DNA from: Candidatus Cloacimonadales bacterium
Lineage (GTDB): Bacteria > Cloacimonadota > Cloacimonadia > Cloacimonadales > JAIOQZ01
Reading direction: 5' to 3'
NCBI GenBank assembly: GCA_963662655.2
Contig: CAXXTU010000002.1
Coordinates: forward strand, 512,001 to 576,000
DNA length: 64,000 bases
A program made the position numbers and the translations under genes. Position 1 is the first letter of the stretch; each line of letters opens with the position of its first letter. Positions 40,388 through 50,211 of this stretch are shown here, piece after piece. The notes beneath the pieces were generated by a model that did not search any database, was not told the origin of the DNA, and saw only the letters and a list, made by a program, of their open reading frames with translations.

Positions 40388-41694
40388 TGAGTAAGCGAGT
40401 TACCTTCAACGATCACATCACGCGTCTCATCGGAGCGGAAGAGGCTTCGCAACTGATGGAGGCGATCAATCTCTTTGCACCGAAGGCCGTACGCTATCAT
40501 GCGCAAAAGTTTTCACCGGAATCGCTCAGTGGAGAGCCGGTACCCTGGTATCCTTCGCATGGCAGATACTGGCAGGAGAGAGAGAATCCGTCGCAGTCGT
40601 ACGATTACCTGACAGGCGGTTTCTATATCCAGGAAGCGAGCGCGATGCTGCTTGTCTCGGCATTGAGCAATGTTGTAAACCTGCGGGATTTGCGTATCGC
40701 CGATCTCACTGCGGCTCCCGGAGGCAAGGCGACGCATGTAGCCGAGCTTGCTCCGGAGGGACTGGTGCTGGCGAACGAGGTGATCCGCGGAAGAACCGAC
40801 GCGCTCATGTGGAACGTGATCCGTCACAGGCTGCGGAACGTTATCGTGAGCAACATGCAGCTCGGCGAGATCGCGAGTTCCCTGAGCGGATGGTTCGATG
40901 TGGCGATCGTGGACGCACCGTGCAGCGGGGAAGGGCTGTTCCAGAAGAAGAAGCACAATCCCAAGGCGTGGAACCACAAGAACGTAATCTTCAACGCCAC
41001 CAGGCAACGGGCCATCCTTGGCGACGCGATGCGCATCCTGAAGCCGGGAGGGATTCTCGCGTACTCCACGTGTACGTTTGGCGTGGAGGAGAATGAATAC
41101 CAGGTGGCCTCCCTGCTGGAAAACGGTTTCGAGCCGATTGATTTCCCCAGCCTCGAAGGTGTGTCGCCGGCAATCTCGGAGGACGATTCCATCGCAAGAT
41201 GTTCCCGCAGGTTGTTTCCACATCGACAGAAGGCAGCCGGGGCATTTGCCGCTCTCGTTCGCAAGGTCGAGGGAGAAGCGCCGATGGATGTGCGGATGGT
41301 CGCTTGCGAAGATAAGAAGCTCGAGAAGCGTTTACCGGATATCATGAACATGGATGAGGATGTGCACCTATATAGAAGCGGCGCGGTTATCAACGCGCTC
41401 AATCGGGAAGAGATACCGCGAGTGTTGTACGAAAAAGCCATACAGATCGGGGCCGCGATCTTCACGGAACAGCTGGTTCCTGAGCCGATGCATGGGAGCG
41501 TTCTCGTGGCTGACGATGCGCATTGTATTACTCTGGGCGGACAGCAATTGATGAATTACAGGCAGGGTAGCAATCTGCATTTCGATGTCGCGGATGGATT
41601 CTATTACGCAAAACACAACGAGGATGTATTGGGTTTGATGAAGATATCCGGCGGTCGGGCGGTAAATCGCCTGCCGAAGCCGCTAAGGGGTTAG
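40387..41694 (+). CDS. RsmB/RsmF (NOL1/NOP2) RNA m5C methyltransferase
   Basis: YIQEASAM, AAPGGKATH, DAPCSGEG, YSTCT. Confidence 0.92.
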   Translation: MSKRVTFNDHITRLIGAEEASQLMEAINLFAPKAVRYHAQKFSPESLSGEPVPWYPSHGRYWQERENPSQSYDYLTGGFYIQEASAMLLVSALSNVVNLRDLRIADLTAAPGGKATHVAELAPEGLVLANEVIRGRTDALMWNVIRHRLRNVIVSNMQLGEIASSLSGWFDVAIVDAPCSGEGLFQKKKHNPKAWNHKNVIFNATRQRAILGDAMRILKPGGILAYSTCTFGVEENEYQVASLLENGFEPIDFPSLEGVSPAISEDDSIARCSRRLFPHRQKAAGAFAALVRKVEGEAPMDVRMVACEDKKLEKRLPDIMNMDEDVHLYRSGAVINALNREEIPRVLYEKAIQIGAAIFTEQLVPEPMHGSVLVADDAHCITLGGQQLMNYRQGSNLHFDVADGFYYAKHNEDVLGLMKISGGRAVNRLPKPLRG

Positions 41695-41702
41695 AGGCGG
41701 GG

Positions 41703-44234
41703 TTATTCTAGATACTTGGGAATCGTGAAGCAGAATCTGCTGCCTTTCTCCAATTCCGATTCCACCCAGATGTTTCCTTCGTTACGTTCCACAAACTCTC
41801 TACAGAGTAGCAATCCCAGGCCGGTCCCCGTTTCCTTAGCTGTTCCGACCGTCGAGAAGTTCACCTCGGGATCGAATAGCTGCTTCACAATGTCCTCCGG
41901 GATACCTGTCCCCGTATCTTTCACGCAAAATTCGATTAAATCGCCATTGTGTCTGGAACTTACTTCCACGTATCCTCCCGCGGATGTGAATTTGATGGCG
42001 TTGGAAACAAGGTTGCGGATGATTGTCTGGAACATGTTCTTGTCGCAGAAAATTTCATGCTTTTCCGAAGTGGATGACCTAAGCTCGATGCCCTTAGTCT
42101 CGGCAGTGATGTTCAATAGGTTGATAATCTCGTCTACTACTTGCTTTGCATTGACCCGTTCCTGGTTGATAACGATGTTCCCCGCCTGGCTGATCGACCA
42201 CTCGAGAAGGTTGTCGAGGAGGTTGTTCACCTGGCTGGCGGCCGTGTAGATGGTTCGTGCCTGCTTGATCTTCTTCTCGTCGTCGAAGCGATCGTAGAAG
42301 GTATAGAGCAATTCGGCCGAACCCATGAGAGAGCTGAAGGGGCCGCGAAGATCGTGCGCGATGATCGAGAAGAACTTGTTCTTCGTCGCGTTCGCCTGCC
42401 GCAGCTGCATCTCGCGTCGCAGCAGCTCGATTTCCACTACCTTCCTGTCCGTAATGTCCAGGATATAGCCAAAGAATTCCTCAACCGTATCCGCATTGTT
42501 TCCGCGCACGGCTCCCGTAAGATCGTAAACCCAGCGAATGGCGTGATCCGGCGAGACGATGCGGTACTCGGCGGACTGGATATTATGCCCGATTTCGAAG
42601 ACGCGTTCGTTCTTCTCGGGTATGTTCCCGATGTCTTCAGGGTGAACGATATTGAGCCACTCGTGGTAATTCTTCCCGATCAACGATTCCGGAGAATATC
42701 CGTACTTGCTGATGTTGGGTGAAACGTACTCGAGAAAGAGTCCCATGTCGTTCGCGCGCCATTTGAACGTGGTAACCGGACCTTCCATGAAGATGTCCCG
42801 CTCCTCCGACAGCGTGCGCAGCACTTTCTTCTTCTCGGTGATATCGGTGATGATTCCTTCCACGGCAACCGGATCCGAAAGGATGTCCTCGATCACCGCC
42901 AGATAAATGAGAATCCACTTGCATTCGCCATCCTTGGTCTCGATGGCGAATTCATCGTAAGGGTTCGTTTTGCCCATAACGATATTGGCCCAGATATCCT
43001 TGAAATACTCCTTGTAATCGGGATGTATAATGCTGTTGAGGAAATACGGTTTATCATAGCACTCTTCGGGCGTGTAACCTGAGATATCTTGGATAGAGGG
43101 GCTGACGTATTCGAGTACGCCGTCGGTGAGAGACATCCTGAAAAAGATCGCCTGGGCGTTCTGCGCAAGCGAGTAGAACAGGTTGTTGTTCTCGAGGAGG
43201 ACGTCCTGCCAGTCCATGTTGTCATGGCTGTCGTCCACATCGGAGAAAACGACCATCGGTGTATTTTCGCTGTAATTCTCGAATCTGATGGACGTCGACT
43301 GCTTGAATTTGTCCAGGATGGACTGGATGCGTTCCATGGATGTTAGGACGCGAGAGATGTATCGTTTCTGCTTGGGTTCCATGAAGCCCGGCATCATGCT
43401 CATTTCGAGCATTTCGAGATTGCCGCGCAGTATCATCAACGGCTGATTGATCTCGTGGTTTGCCGTGACGGCCATCGCGAAGGCGGAGTTCTTCTTCTCG
43501 AGCTGGATGATCTCTTCCTGCGCTGTTTTCAGCTTCCGGTAGGATTCCTTGAGCTGTTCTTCAGCGCGTACACGCTCATCGATATCCACGATAATGGCGA
43601 TCGCGGAGGTGAACTGAAGCTCGCTGTCGAGAATGGGGGAGACGGAGAAATCGCCCCAGAACACGGAGGAGTCTTTCCGTACAAACCGATTCTGATTGCG
43701 GAATTTCTTGAGCTTGCCTTCGAGCAAATGATGAAAGCAAAGCCGGTTATGTTCGATGTCCTCTTCGTGAATCAATTGCTGGTAGCTCAGGTTGATTACT
43801 TCAGATTGATCGTAGCCGAGCATGTCACCGAAGTTCGTGTTCGCGAATACGATGTTTCCTTCGCAATCGAGCATCATGAGGCCGACGATGGCGTTATCGA
43901 AGATCACGCGAAGCTTTTCTTCTTCCTCGCGCAACTTCTCCATGGCCTGCGTGATTTCGACATCTCGTTTCTTCAGAATATCCTGCGTCGTAATGAGCTT
44001 GTTCTGCACGGAATCGTTGATGTTGGTTATCTTCAGCATTTTCACGAGCAGCTTGTAGTAATTCTTGTTCAGCGAGCGCAGTCTGTCTTTCAGCTGATCG
44101 GGCGAAAGGTTGTCCAAATCTTCTGCATCATGATTCTCGAGAAATATTTCGAATTCTCTTCGATAAAATTTCTGCAGCTCCTCGTCACGAACTTTTTGCT
44201 TTTGAGATGAAATACCCTGTCCAGGTTTTTTCAT
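41703..44234 (-). CDS. multi-PAS sensor histidine kinase with SiaD-like N-terminal helix and an extra internal DHp
   Basis: Three PAS domains; H-box AHDLRGP, N box RNLVSNAIKF, G boxes DTGTG / GTGLGL; second H-box-like ANHEINQPL. Confidence 0.88.
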   Translation of the reverse strand: MKKPGQGISSQKQKVRDEELQKFYRREFEIFLENHDAEDLDNLSPDQLKDRLRSLNKNYYKLLVKMLKITNINDSVQNKLITTQDILKKRDVEITQAMEKLREEEEKLRVIFDNAIVGLMMLDCEGNIVFANTNFGDMLGYDQSEVINLSYQQLIHEEDIEHNRLCFHHLLEGKLKKFRNQNRFVRKDSSVFWGDFSVSPILDSELQFTSAIAIIVDIDERVRAEEQLKESYRKLKTAQEEIIQLEKKNSAFAMAVTANHEINQPLMILRGNLEMLEMSMMPGFMEPKQKRYISRVLTSMERIQSILDKFKQSTSIRFENYSENTPMVVFSDVDDSHDNMDWQDVLLENNNLFYSLAQNAQAIFFRMSLTDGVLEYVSPSIQDISGYTPEECYDKPYFLNSIIHPDYKEYFKDIWANIVMGKTNPYDEFAIETKDGECKWILIYLAVIEDILSDPVAVEGIITDITEKKKVLRTLSEERDIFMEGPVTTFKWRANDMGLFLEYVSPNISKYGYSPESLIGKNYHEWLNIVHPEDIGNIPEKNERVFEIGHNIQSAEYRIVSPDHAIRWVYDLTGAVRGNNADTVEEFFGYILDITDRKVVEIELLRREMQLRQANATKNKFFSIIAHDLRGPFSSLMGSAELLYTFYDRFDDEKKIKQARTIYTAASQVNNLLDNLLEWSISQAGNIVINQERVNAKQVVDEIINLLNITAETKGIELRSSTSEKHEIFCDKNMFQTIIRNLVSNAIKFTSAGGYVEVSSRHNGDLIEFCVKDTGTGIPEDIVKQLFDPEVNFSTVGTAKETGTGLGLLLCREFVERNEGNIWVESELEKGSRFCFTIPKYLE

Positions 44235-44270
44235 TATCAATCACTCCAATCTGGATATTCAACAAGCTTC

Positions 44271-44645
44271 TCAATATAGAATCAACTGGTACGGCAGGTT
44301 CATGTCCTCGAGTAGTTCCTCGCCTGCGTCGTAGATGTCGTCGTCATCCTCTTTGTAATACCAGTTGATCATCACTTCACCGCCGTCAGCCGCGTAGTTC
44401 TCGAGAATCTCGAATATATCGAGGAAGCATTTGGACGAACTGCTGTTGATGTAGTTCATCCGAATATTCAGCGTGATCCCACGCTTGATCTGAGAGATGT
44501 AATTTTCGATCCACTCGTTGATCGGTTCGAAGAAATTCATGGCGTCTTCGGGGTAAGAATTACCCAGCATATTGAAGATGCCGGTATCCGGATCGAGATC
44601 GACTTCTATCGTATATTTCGTTGGTTCAAGTTTTAATCGTTCCAT
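44271..44645 (-). CDS. siaC: SiaC family (DUF1987) phosphoprotein
   Basis: GNSYPEDAMNFFEPI, YINSSSSK, INWYYKEDDDDIYDAGEE. Confidence 0.88.
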   Translation of the reverse strand: MERLKLEPTKYTIEVDLDPDTGIFNMLGNSYPEDAMNFFEPINEWIENYISQIKRGITLNIRMNYINSSSSKCFLDIFEILENYAADGGEVMINWYYKEDDDDIYDAGEELLEDMNLPYQLILY

Positions 44646-44654
44646 GCTGACTCC

Positions 44655-45224
44655 TTAAATTTCCTTATCCAGTTCGATAAAGAAACTGATAAATGATACA
44701 CCGTCACGAATAGGTTTGATCTTGTACTCGATTTTGCTTTTCGCCTTGCGGATGATATCGATCAAACCGATCCCCGCGCCTACTTTGCCTTCTTCCCGTT
44801 CCTTGCGAAGCAGATCCTTGCGGTATTGCTTCAACTCGTCGGGGTCCATCTTGTTGATGATATCGAGATGAGAGGAGAGGTTTGCGATGTGCTTCTGATC
44901 GATGACGTTGCCGGAGATGATGCTGTAATAGCCATCGTATTCATTGACAAGCACGATACCGCAACCGACTTTTTTACCATCGATATCGACACGTTCGGCA
45001 GAGTAGCGGTGTATGTTTTGAGCCAGCTCAACGAAGATGGAGAACATCTTTTTCGTTGATCCCATTTGCGAAAACTGTGTCAGGTTGTTGGCCAGCATTT
45101 CGGCGAGCAAAACCAGAATATCCTGAGTCAAAACGCCTTTGAACATCAGGATCGATTTCTCCAACCCTTTCTTCGAGTATAACTCGAAGAGGTCATCGCT
45201 CGATACAAAGATCGAATGATACAT
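44655..45224 (-). CDS. siaB: SiaB family protein kinase
   Basis: FKGVLTQDIL, KMFSIFVELAQNIHRYS, SGN, GAGIGLIDIIRKA; lies between PP2C gene and siaC. Confidence 0.85.
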   Translation of the reverse strand: MYHSIFVSSDDLFELYSKKGLEKSILMFKGVLTQDILVLLAEMLANNLTQFSQMGSTKKMFSIFVELAQNIHRYSAERVDIDGKKVGCGIVLVNEYDGYYSIISGNVIDQKHIANLSSHLDIINKMDPDELKQYRKDLLRKEREEGKVGAGIGLIDIIRKAKSKIEYKIKPIRDGVSFISFFIELDKEI

Positions 45225-45239
45225 AGTTACAACTCCAAT

Positions 45240-48200
45240 CTATTGATTTTCTTCAAGTTTATAGCGGAACCCCATGATCGTGATATCGTCCCTCTGGTCT
45301 TCGAAGTTCTGGTGATCACTCAGGGTTTTAGCGAGGATATCCTTCTGTTCCTGAACGGGCAGGCCGGATATCTCACTCATCAGGGTTTTCAAGCGACGGG
45401 ACCCGAACTTTTCATCGTAAGGGTTATTCTGATCCACATAACCATCCGTTGTCAGATAAACCATGTCTCCGTCAATCATCTCAATCTCGTGGTCGGTATA
45501 CACACGTTCGTCCTCGCGTTGTTTGCCGCCGATTCCCTTGTTGTTTCCTTTGAACTCGAGCAGGATACCGTTGTCTCTGTTCTCCTGTTTGCGAGAGATA
45601 TAGAGCGGGCGTCCAGCGCCGCAGTAAATCATCGTGGACGAGCCTTTTTCGAGGCGGCAAAGGCAAATCTCCAGGCCGTCGCGCGTTGAGGCGTCCGGGT
45701 CTTCCTGGCGAAGAACGATCTGCATTTGAACGTGCAACTCGCTCAGGATTTTCGAAGGCTCGTAGGTCTTGTGCTGCTTCACGATTTCGTTCAGCAGCAT
45801 GTTGCCGATGATCGAGAGCAGAGCTCCGGGAACGCCGTGTCCCGTGCAGTCCGCAGCGGCGATGAATCGATAATCGCCTTCCACGGAGTACCAGTAGAAG
45901 TCGCCTGCGATGATATCCCGTGGCTTGTATATGATGAATACATCATTGAATACTTTGTTAAGATTATCGATCATGGGGAGGATCGCTCCCTGGATTCGCT
46001 TGGAGTAGCGGATACTGCTCATGATCTGCTGATTCTTGTCGTTCAATTCCTGCGTGCGCTCCTGAACAAGTCGCTCGAGCTCGGCGTTACGCCGTTTGAG
46101 GATTGCCACTCTGCCGCGGATAATCAGGAAAATCAGTCCCCCCAGGATAATGATTTCAAGCGCGTAGAACCAAATGGTTGTCCAAAACGGTTTCTTGATG
46201 GTGAAGCTGAACGCCGCAACATTGCTCTGGTTCCCGTGCCGATCTCTTGAATTGACCTTGAAGGTGTACGTCCCGGGATCGAGGTTCGTGTAGCGGATCT
46301 TGTTTTCGTTTGTCGGAGCGGACCAGTCTTTATCGTAGTTCTCCAGCATATACTGGTACATGACCTGCTTCGGGAAGCGGAAGTCCAGCCCGATATACGA
46401 GAAGTTCACATCGTTGTCGAAGTAGGAGAGAACGATGAGTTCCTTTCCGGGATTGTTGTACTTGCGCTCCTTGGTCTGGAAGTAATTGATGTACAACAAC
46501 GGCGGAATTTTATCGGCATCGGAGCGGTACGGATCGATTTTCATCGCGCCGAACGCTGAATTGAACCACACATTTCCCTTATTGTCGACGTACGAACCAT
46601 TCGATCGGGTCGCGTTTGCGACAAGCCCGTCAACCATCGTGTATTTCTTGTAGTTGCCGTCCTTGTACTCGAAAATGCCGTTAATGGTTCCAATCCATAT
46701 ATTCCCGAGTTTGTCCCGAACGAGTGACTTGATTATCTCAGCGTCTTTGAACTCGTCAACGATCTTTTTGACGTATTTCCCCTGGTCCATGTCAAAGACA
46801 ATGATTCCTTCACCATACGTGGCGCACCACAGGGTATGATCGTCGTATTGAATCAAGTCGACCACGTTGGAGGTAAAAAGCTGGGAGTCTTGCTTGAATT
46901 GGGCGATGATATTGCCTTCGCTATTCAGCTTCAGGAGTCCCAAGTCTCCGGAAGCGCACCACAGGTTACCCTCATGATCCTCGATGATCTCATAGATGGC
47001 GGTGGCTTCATCGAAGTTGATGATCTTCACCTTGCCATTGCTGAATCTCAGCAGCTCTTCATATCGTGGAACCCAAAGGTTGTTCTGGCTATCGAGGAAA
47101 ATCTCCGTAATGTAGGAGGGGTCTTTCTTCACACCCTCCGGCAGCATGTTGACAAATCGCGTGCCGTCGAATCGGAATATCTCACCGTACAGGCATCCGA
47201 CCCACACGTCTCCCTTCGAGTCAAGAGATAATGCCCAAGTATGCTCGTTGGTCAGGCCGTCCTTGGTCGTATAGTTTCGTATTGTGCCGTTCGGGTAAAG
47301 GCGTGCCACGCCCTTGTCGCAACTGAACCAGATCGAGCCGTCGGCTGTTTCAAGGGTGTTTGCCGTCGATTGATGGGGGAGGCCGTTACGCTCCGTGTAA
47401 TTCGTGATCTTGCCGGGGATAAGCATATCGACGCCGGTACCGTTGGTGCCAAACCACAAGTTGTCTTCACGGTCCAGAAGGATCGATTGGATCGAATTGG
47501 ATGATAGACCGTTGTTCTGCGTGTAAAGGATCGTTTTTTTTGTGCTCAGGTCGTACTTGATCAGGCCGTACGCCGTAGCGATCCACAGCCCGTCTTCAAA
47601 GAGAACATTGTCTTCAATATCTTTCAGATTGCCGATAGCGGGATTGACGCGATGCCCGGTTCTTGCCGTCTTACCGGTATCTGGATTGTAGCTCTCGATA
47701 TACCCTTCGCCAGTGAAGAACCAGTAAGCGCTGTCCTCATCTTGGTAAAATCCTACGTCATTATCTTCGTCGCGTCCGTAAATGAACTGGAGCGAGCTGG
47801 AATGTATAATTGGCGATACCGTGTTATCTTTGCGATTGTAATGGAAAATGTAGTCGTTCTCCATGTACAGATCGAAGGTGTATATGAAATATTCATCCTC
47901 TCGATCGTCTATTTCAATGAGCGACGAATAGAAATTGGGGCCGGTGGGGATGTCGAATTCTTCGGAGATGTTTACAATGCGGTCGTACTTCATGTCGACA
48001 ACGAGAACCTTGTTGCTCGATCGAACGTACAGCAGGTCTTGCGTCGCATAGCCAAAACCGGTCTGCTGGTCGGCAATTTCAATGGGGAGCTGCGTAAGAT
48101 CATAGGCCTTTTCGAAATTCTTTGCGTCATTGTCGTAAAGGTAAATGGTCGTTTTCGAAGCAGCGTGTATCCATGTGCGAAGCGAATCTCTGTCCCAATC

Positions 48201-48578
48201 CATCAGGATGATCTCGTCATGGATGTTTTCATGGAACCATTTCTCGTCAAATGCGTACAGGCTGTCGTTCTCGAGCACGGTCAGGGAATTGAACCCAAAA
48301 AAGTAGTAAACTCCCTCCTTTTCATCCTCCATCATTCCCGAGAGATTGTTCGAAGCGAGGCCGTTTGAGACGGTGTAATTCTTGAAATTGAATCCATCGA
48401 ATCTGGATACGCCTCCATGCGTGCGAAACCATATAAATCCCTTGGTGTCCTGAAAGGACGACATCACCTGATTCTGGGGCAAGCCGTCTCTCGTATCGTA
48501 GTTACGAAGGGGTAACATTTGCGCAGAAAGGCATATTGTCGCCAAAAGGAATGTGAAGCAAAGCAATCGCTTGGTCAT
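45240..48578 (-). CDS. SiaA-like membrane PP2C/SpoIIE phosphatase with beta-propeller and Y_Y_Y sensor
   Basis: Repeats of GLSSNSIQSILLDREDNLWFGT type; Y_Y_Y (YQYMLENYD..W..YTNLDPGTYTFKV); TM; KPRDIIAGDFYW, ADCTGHGVPGA, TDG, DDITI. Confidence 0.9.
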   Translation of the reverse strand: MTKRLLCFTFLLATICLSAQMLPLRNYDTRDGLPQNQVMSSFQDTKGFIWFRTHGGVSRFDGFNFKNYTVSNGLASNNLSGMMEDEKEGVYYFFGFNSLTVLENDSLYAFDEKWFHENIHDEIILMDWDRDSLRTWIHAASKTTIYLYDNDAKNFEKAYDLTQLPIEIADQQTGFGYATQDLLYVRSSNKVLVVDMKYDRIVNISEEFDIPTGPNFYSSLIEIDDREDEYFIYTFDLYMENDYIFHYNRKDNTVSPIIHSSSLQFIYGRDEDNDVGFYQDEDSAYWFFTGEGYIESYNPDTGKTARTGHRVNPAIGNLKDIEDNVLFEDGLWIATAYGLIKYDLSTKKTILYTQNNGLSSNSIQSILLDREDNLWFGTNGTGVDMLIPGKITNYTERNGLPHQSTANTLETADGSIWFSCDKGVARLYPNGTIRNYTTKDGLTNEHTWALSLDSKGDVWVGCLYGEIFRFDGTRFVNMLPEGVKKDPSYITEIFLDSQNNLWVPRYEELLRFSNGKVKIINFDEATAIYEIIEDHEGNLWCASGDLGLLKLNSEGNIIAQFKQDSQLFTSNVVDLIQYDDHTLWCATYGEGIIVFDMDQGKYVKKIVDEFKDAEIIKSLVRDKLGNIWIGTINGIFEYKDGNYKKYTMVDGLVANATRSNGSYVDNKGNVWFNSAFGAMKIDPYRSDADKIPPLLYINYFQTKERKYNNPGKELIVLSYFDNDVNFSYIGLDFRFPKQVMYQYMLENYDKDWSAPTNENKIRYTNLDPGTYTFKVNSRDRHGNQSNVAAFSFTIKKPFWTTIWFYALEIIILGGLIFLIIRGRVAILKRRNAELERLVQERTQELNDKNQQIMSSIRYSKRIQGAILPMIDNLNKVFNDVFIIYKPRDIIAGDFYWYSVEGDYRFIAAADCTGHGVPGALLSIIGNMLLNEIVKQHKTYEPSKILSELHVQMQIVLRQEDPDASTRDGLEICLCRLEKGSSTMIYCGAGRPLYISRKQENRDNGILLEFKGNNKGIGGKQREDERVYTDHEIEMIDGDMVYLTTDGYVDQNNPYDEKFGSRRLKTLMSEISGLPVQEQKDILAKTLSDHQNFEDQRDDITIMGFRYKLEENQ

Positions 48579-49037
48579 GTATCCTCCCGATCTTGATATG
48601 TTCTGACGAGATCCACATCAGAAAACAGCACACCGTATTTGTAACACAACACGGTTATAAGACCTTTTCAGTAGCATTTCAGTGCTATAGGAATCACATA
48701 ATTCATGTCATCCATTTATACAGGTTTTACGCCAATTGACGTCAATTAAAATCTGAGGAATCCTGTCTTTTTTTTTACAAAAATCAAATCCAATCAAAAT
48801 ACAACGAACGAAAAATCGCATGACCTTTTCTGGCGTATTCATCTGGCGCTCGATACTTAATATGTTGCTGTGTAATAGAATATGCCGGAGGTTTGCCTTT
48901 TGCAAGTGTTCGCGATTGCTTGATATAGCCTATCGAGATAAGCTTAAGGAAAAATCCATGAAAAACGGGATAGCATTACGTTCCGGCTCGTGTTCTCATG
49001 GAATAGAAACACAATGAAACAATCCATAAGGATGGCG

Positions 49038-49979
49038 TCATTGGCAGTGATCATTTTCGCATCGGACCTCCGCGATAATGCTCGTCCCGCACTTCGTCCC
49101 TGTTTCGAATTGCAGCGTTGTATGATCGATGTTAAAACGTTCGTGCAGAATCGATACGATGCGGTCTTTTAATGCGGTTGTTTCGGAAAGCATCATATCT
49201 TCTACATCAATATGGGCTTCCAGGTAATGCAGGTTTTCATCGTACATCCAGATGTGGACGTGATGGAAGCTCTGAACCTGATCGAGTTCTTCGATGGCCT
49301 GCTGCATCTCATTCAAATCGATTTGCGGGGATGTTTGCATGAGGACATCTGTGGAGGTTTTCAGGATGTGCCAGGTTTCCTTAAGGATGTAGAGGGCGAT
49401 CAGCATGGTTACCAGCGGATCGATCCAGTAGATTTTCCAGATATGGATTGCGACACCTCCTGCGATGACACCCACAGAGGAAATGGTGTCGCCCAGAAGA
49501 TGGAGGTAGCTCGAACGGAGATTGAGGCTTTGCTTCGAGTGAGTGTGAAGCAGAAGCACGGATACGAAATTTGCCAAGAGGCCGATCGTAGCGACAGTGA
49601 TCATCAAACCGCTCCGGATCGGCTCGGGATGGATGAAACGCTGGATGGACTCGTAGATCAGGTAGAAGGAGATGAGGAACAGAAAAGCGGAATTGATGAA
49701 AGCAGCCAGCGTTTGCGCTCGCTTGTATCCGTAGGTTTTTCGCTCGTTGCGGGGCTTTTGCGAAATCAGGATGGCAAGGTAGCTGATGACCATCGCCATG
49801 GTGTCGCTGAGATTGTGAATGGCATCAGAGAGGAGCGCGAGGCTCCCCGAGAGCAGGCCGCCGACGACTTCCGCGACGGTGATCGTGAAGTTCATGAGAA
49901 TGACGAAAAGCAGTCTGCTCTTGGGGATGCCTTCTACGCCATGGTGGTGATGATGGTGCGCGTGGCTGTGGTTATGCAT
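49038..49979 (-). CDS. cation diffusion facilitator (CzcD-like)
   Basis: His-rich N-terminus, SLALLSDAIHNLSD, YLHLLGD, HHVHIW, HTTLQFE. Confidence 0.93.
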   Translation of the reverse strand: MHNHSHAHHHHHHGVEGIPKSRLLFVILMNFTITVAEVVGGLLSGSLALLSDAIHNLSDTMAMVISYLAILISQKPRNERKTYGYKRAQTLAAFINSAFLFLISFYLIYESIQRFIHPEPIRSGLMITVATIGLLANFVSVLLLHTHSKQSLNLRSSYLHLLGDTISSVGVIAGGVAIHIWKIYWIDPLVTMLIALYILKETWHILKTSTDVLMQTSPQIDLNEMQQAIEELDQVQSFHHVHIWMYDENLHYLEAHIDVEDMMLSETTALKDRIVSILHERFNIDHTTLQFETGTKCGTSIIAEVRCENDHCQ

Positions 49980-49986
49980 ATTCTCC

Positions 49987-50202
49987 TCATGGTTGAATCA
50001 GCTCGGGTGTGTAACCGATCCGCTTCATCATATCGCTTATTTCGTGTTCTTCAAGTGTATCGTGCGCGGTGACAACGATCTCCTTTCTATCGAGATCGAA
50101 CGAGACATCCTCGATGCCGTCAAGTTGCGACAGCGCTTTGTTTATCGTGTTCTTGCACATCATGCAGTGCATGTCTTCAACGGTGTATTTGAAGGTTTTC
50201 AT
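49987..50202 (-). CDS. copZ: copper chaperone / HMA domain protein
   Basis: 71 aa with MHCMMC metal-binding motif; adjacent to copA. Confidence 0.88.
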   Translation of the reverse strand: MKTFKYTVEDMHCMMCKNTINKALSQLDGIEDVSFDLDRKEIVVTAHDTLEEHEISDMMKRIGYTPELIQP

Positions 50203-50211
50203 GATCTCTCC

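Noticed and set aside
46600..48500. Repeated motifs in the PP2C sensor as a DNA repeat array or CRISPR
   Set aside because: They are degenerate protein-level beta-propeller repeats, not identical nucleotide repeats with spacers
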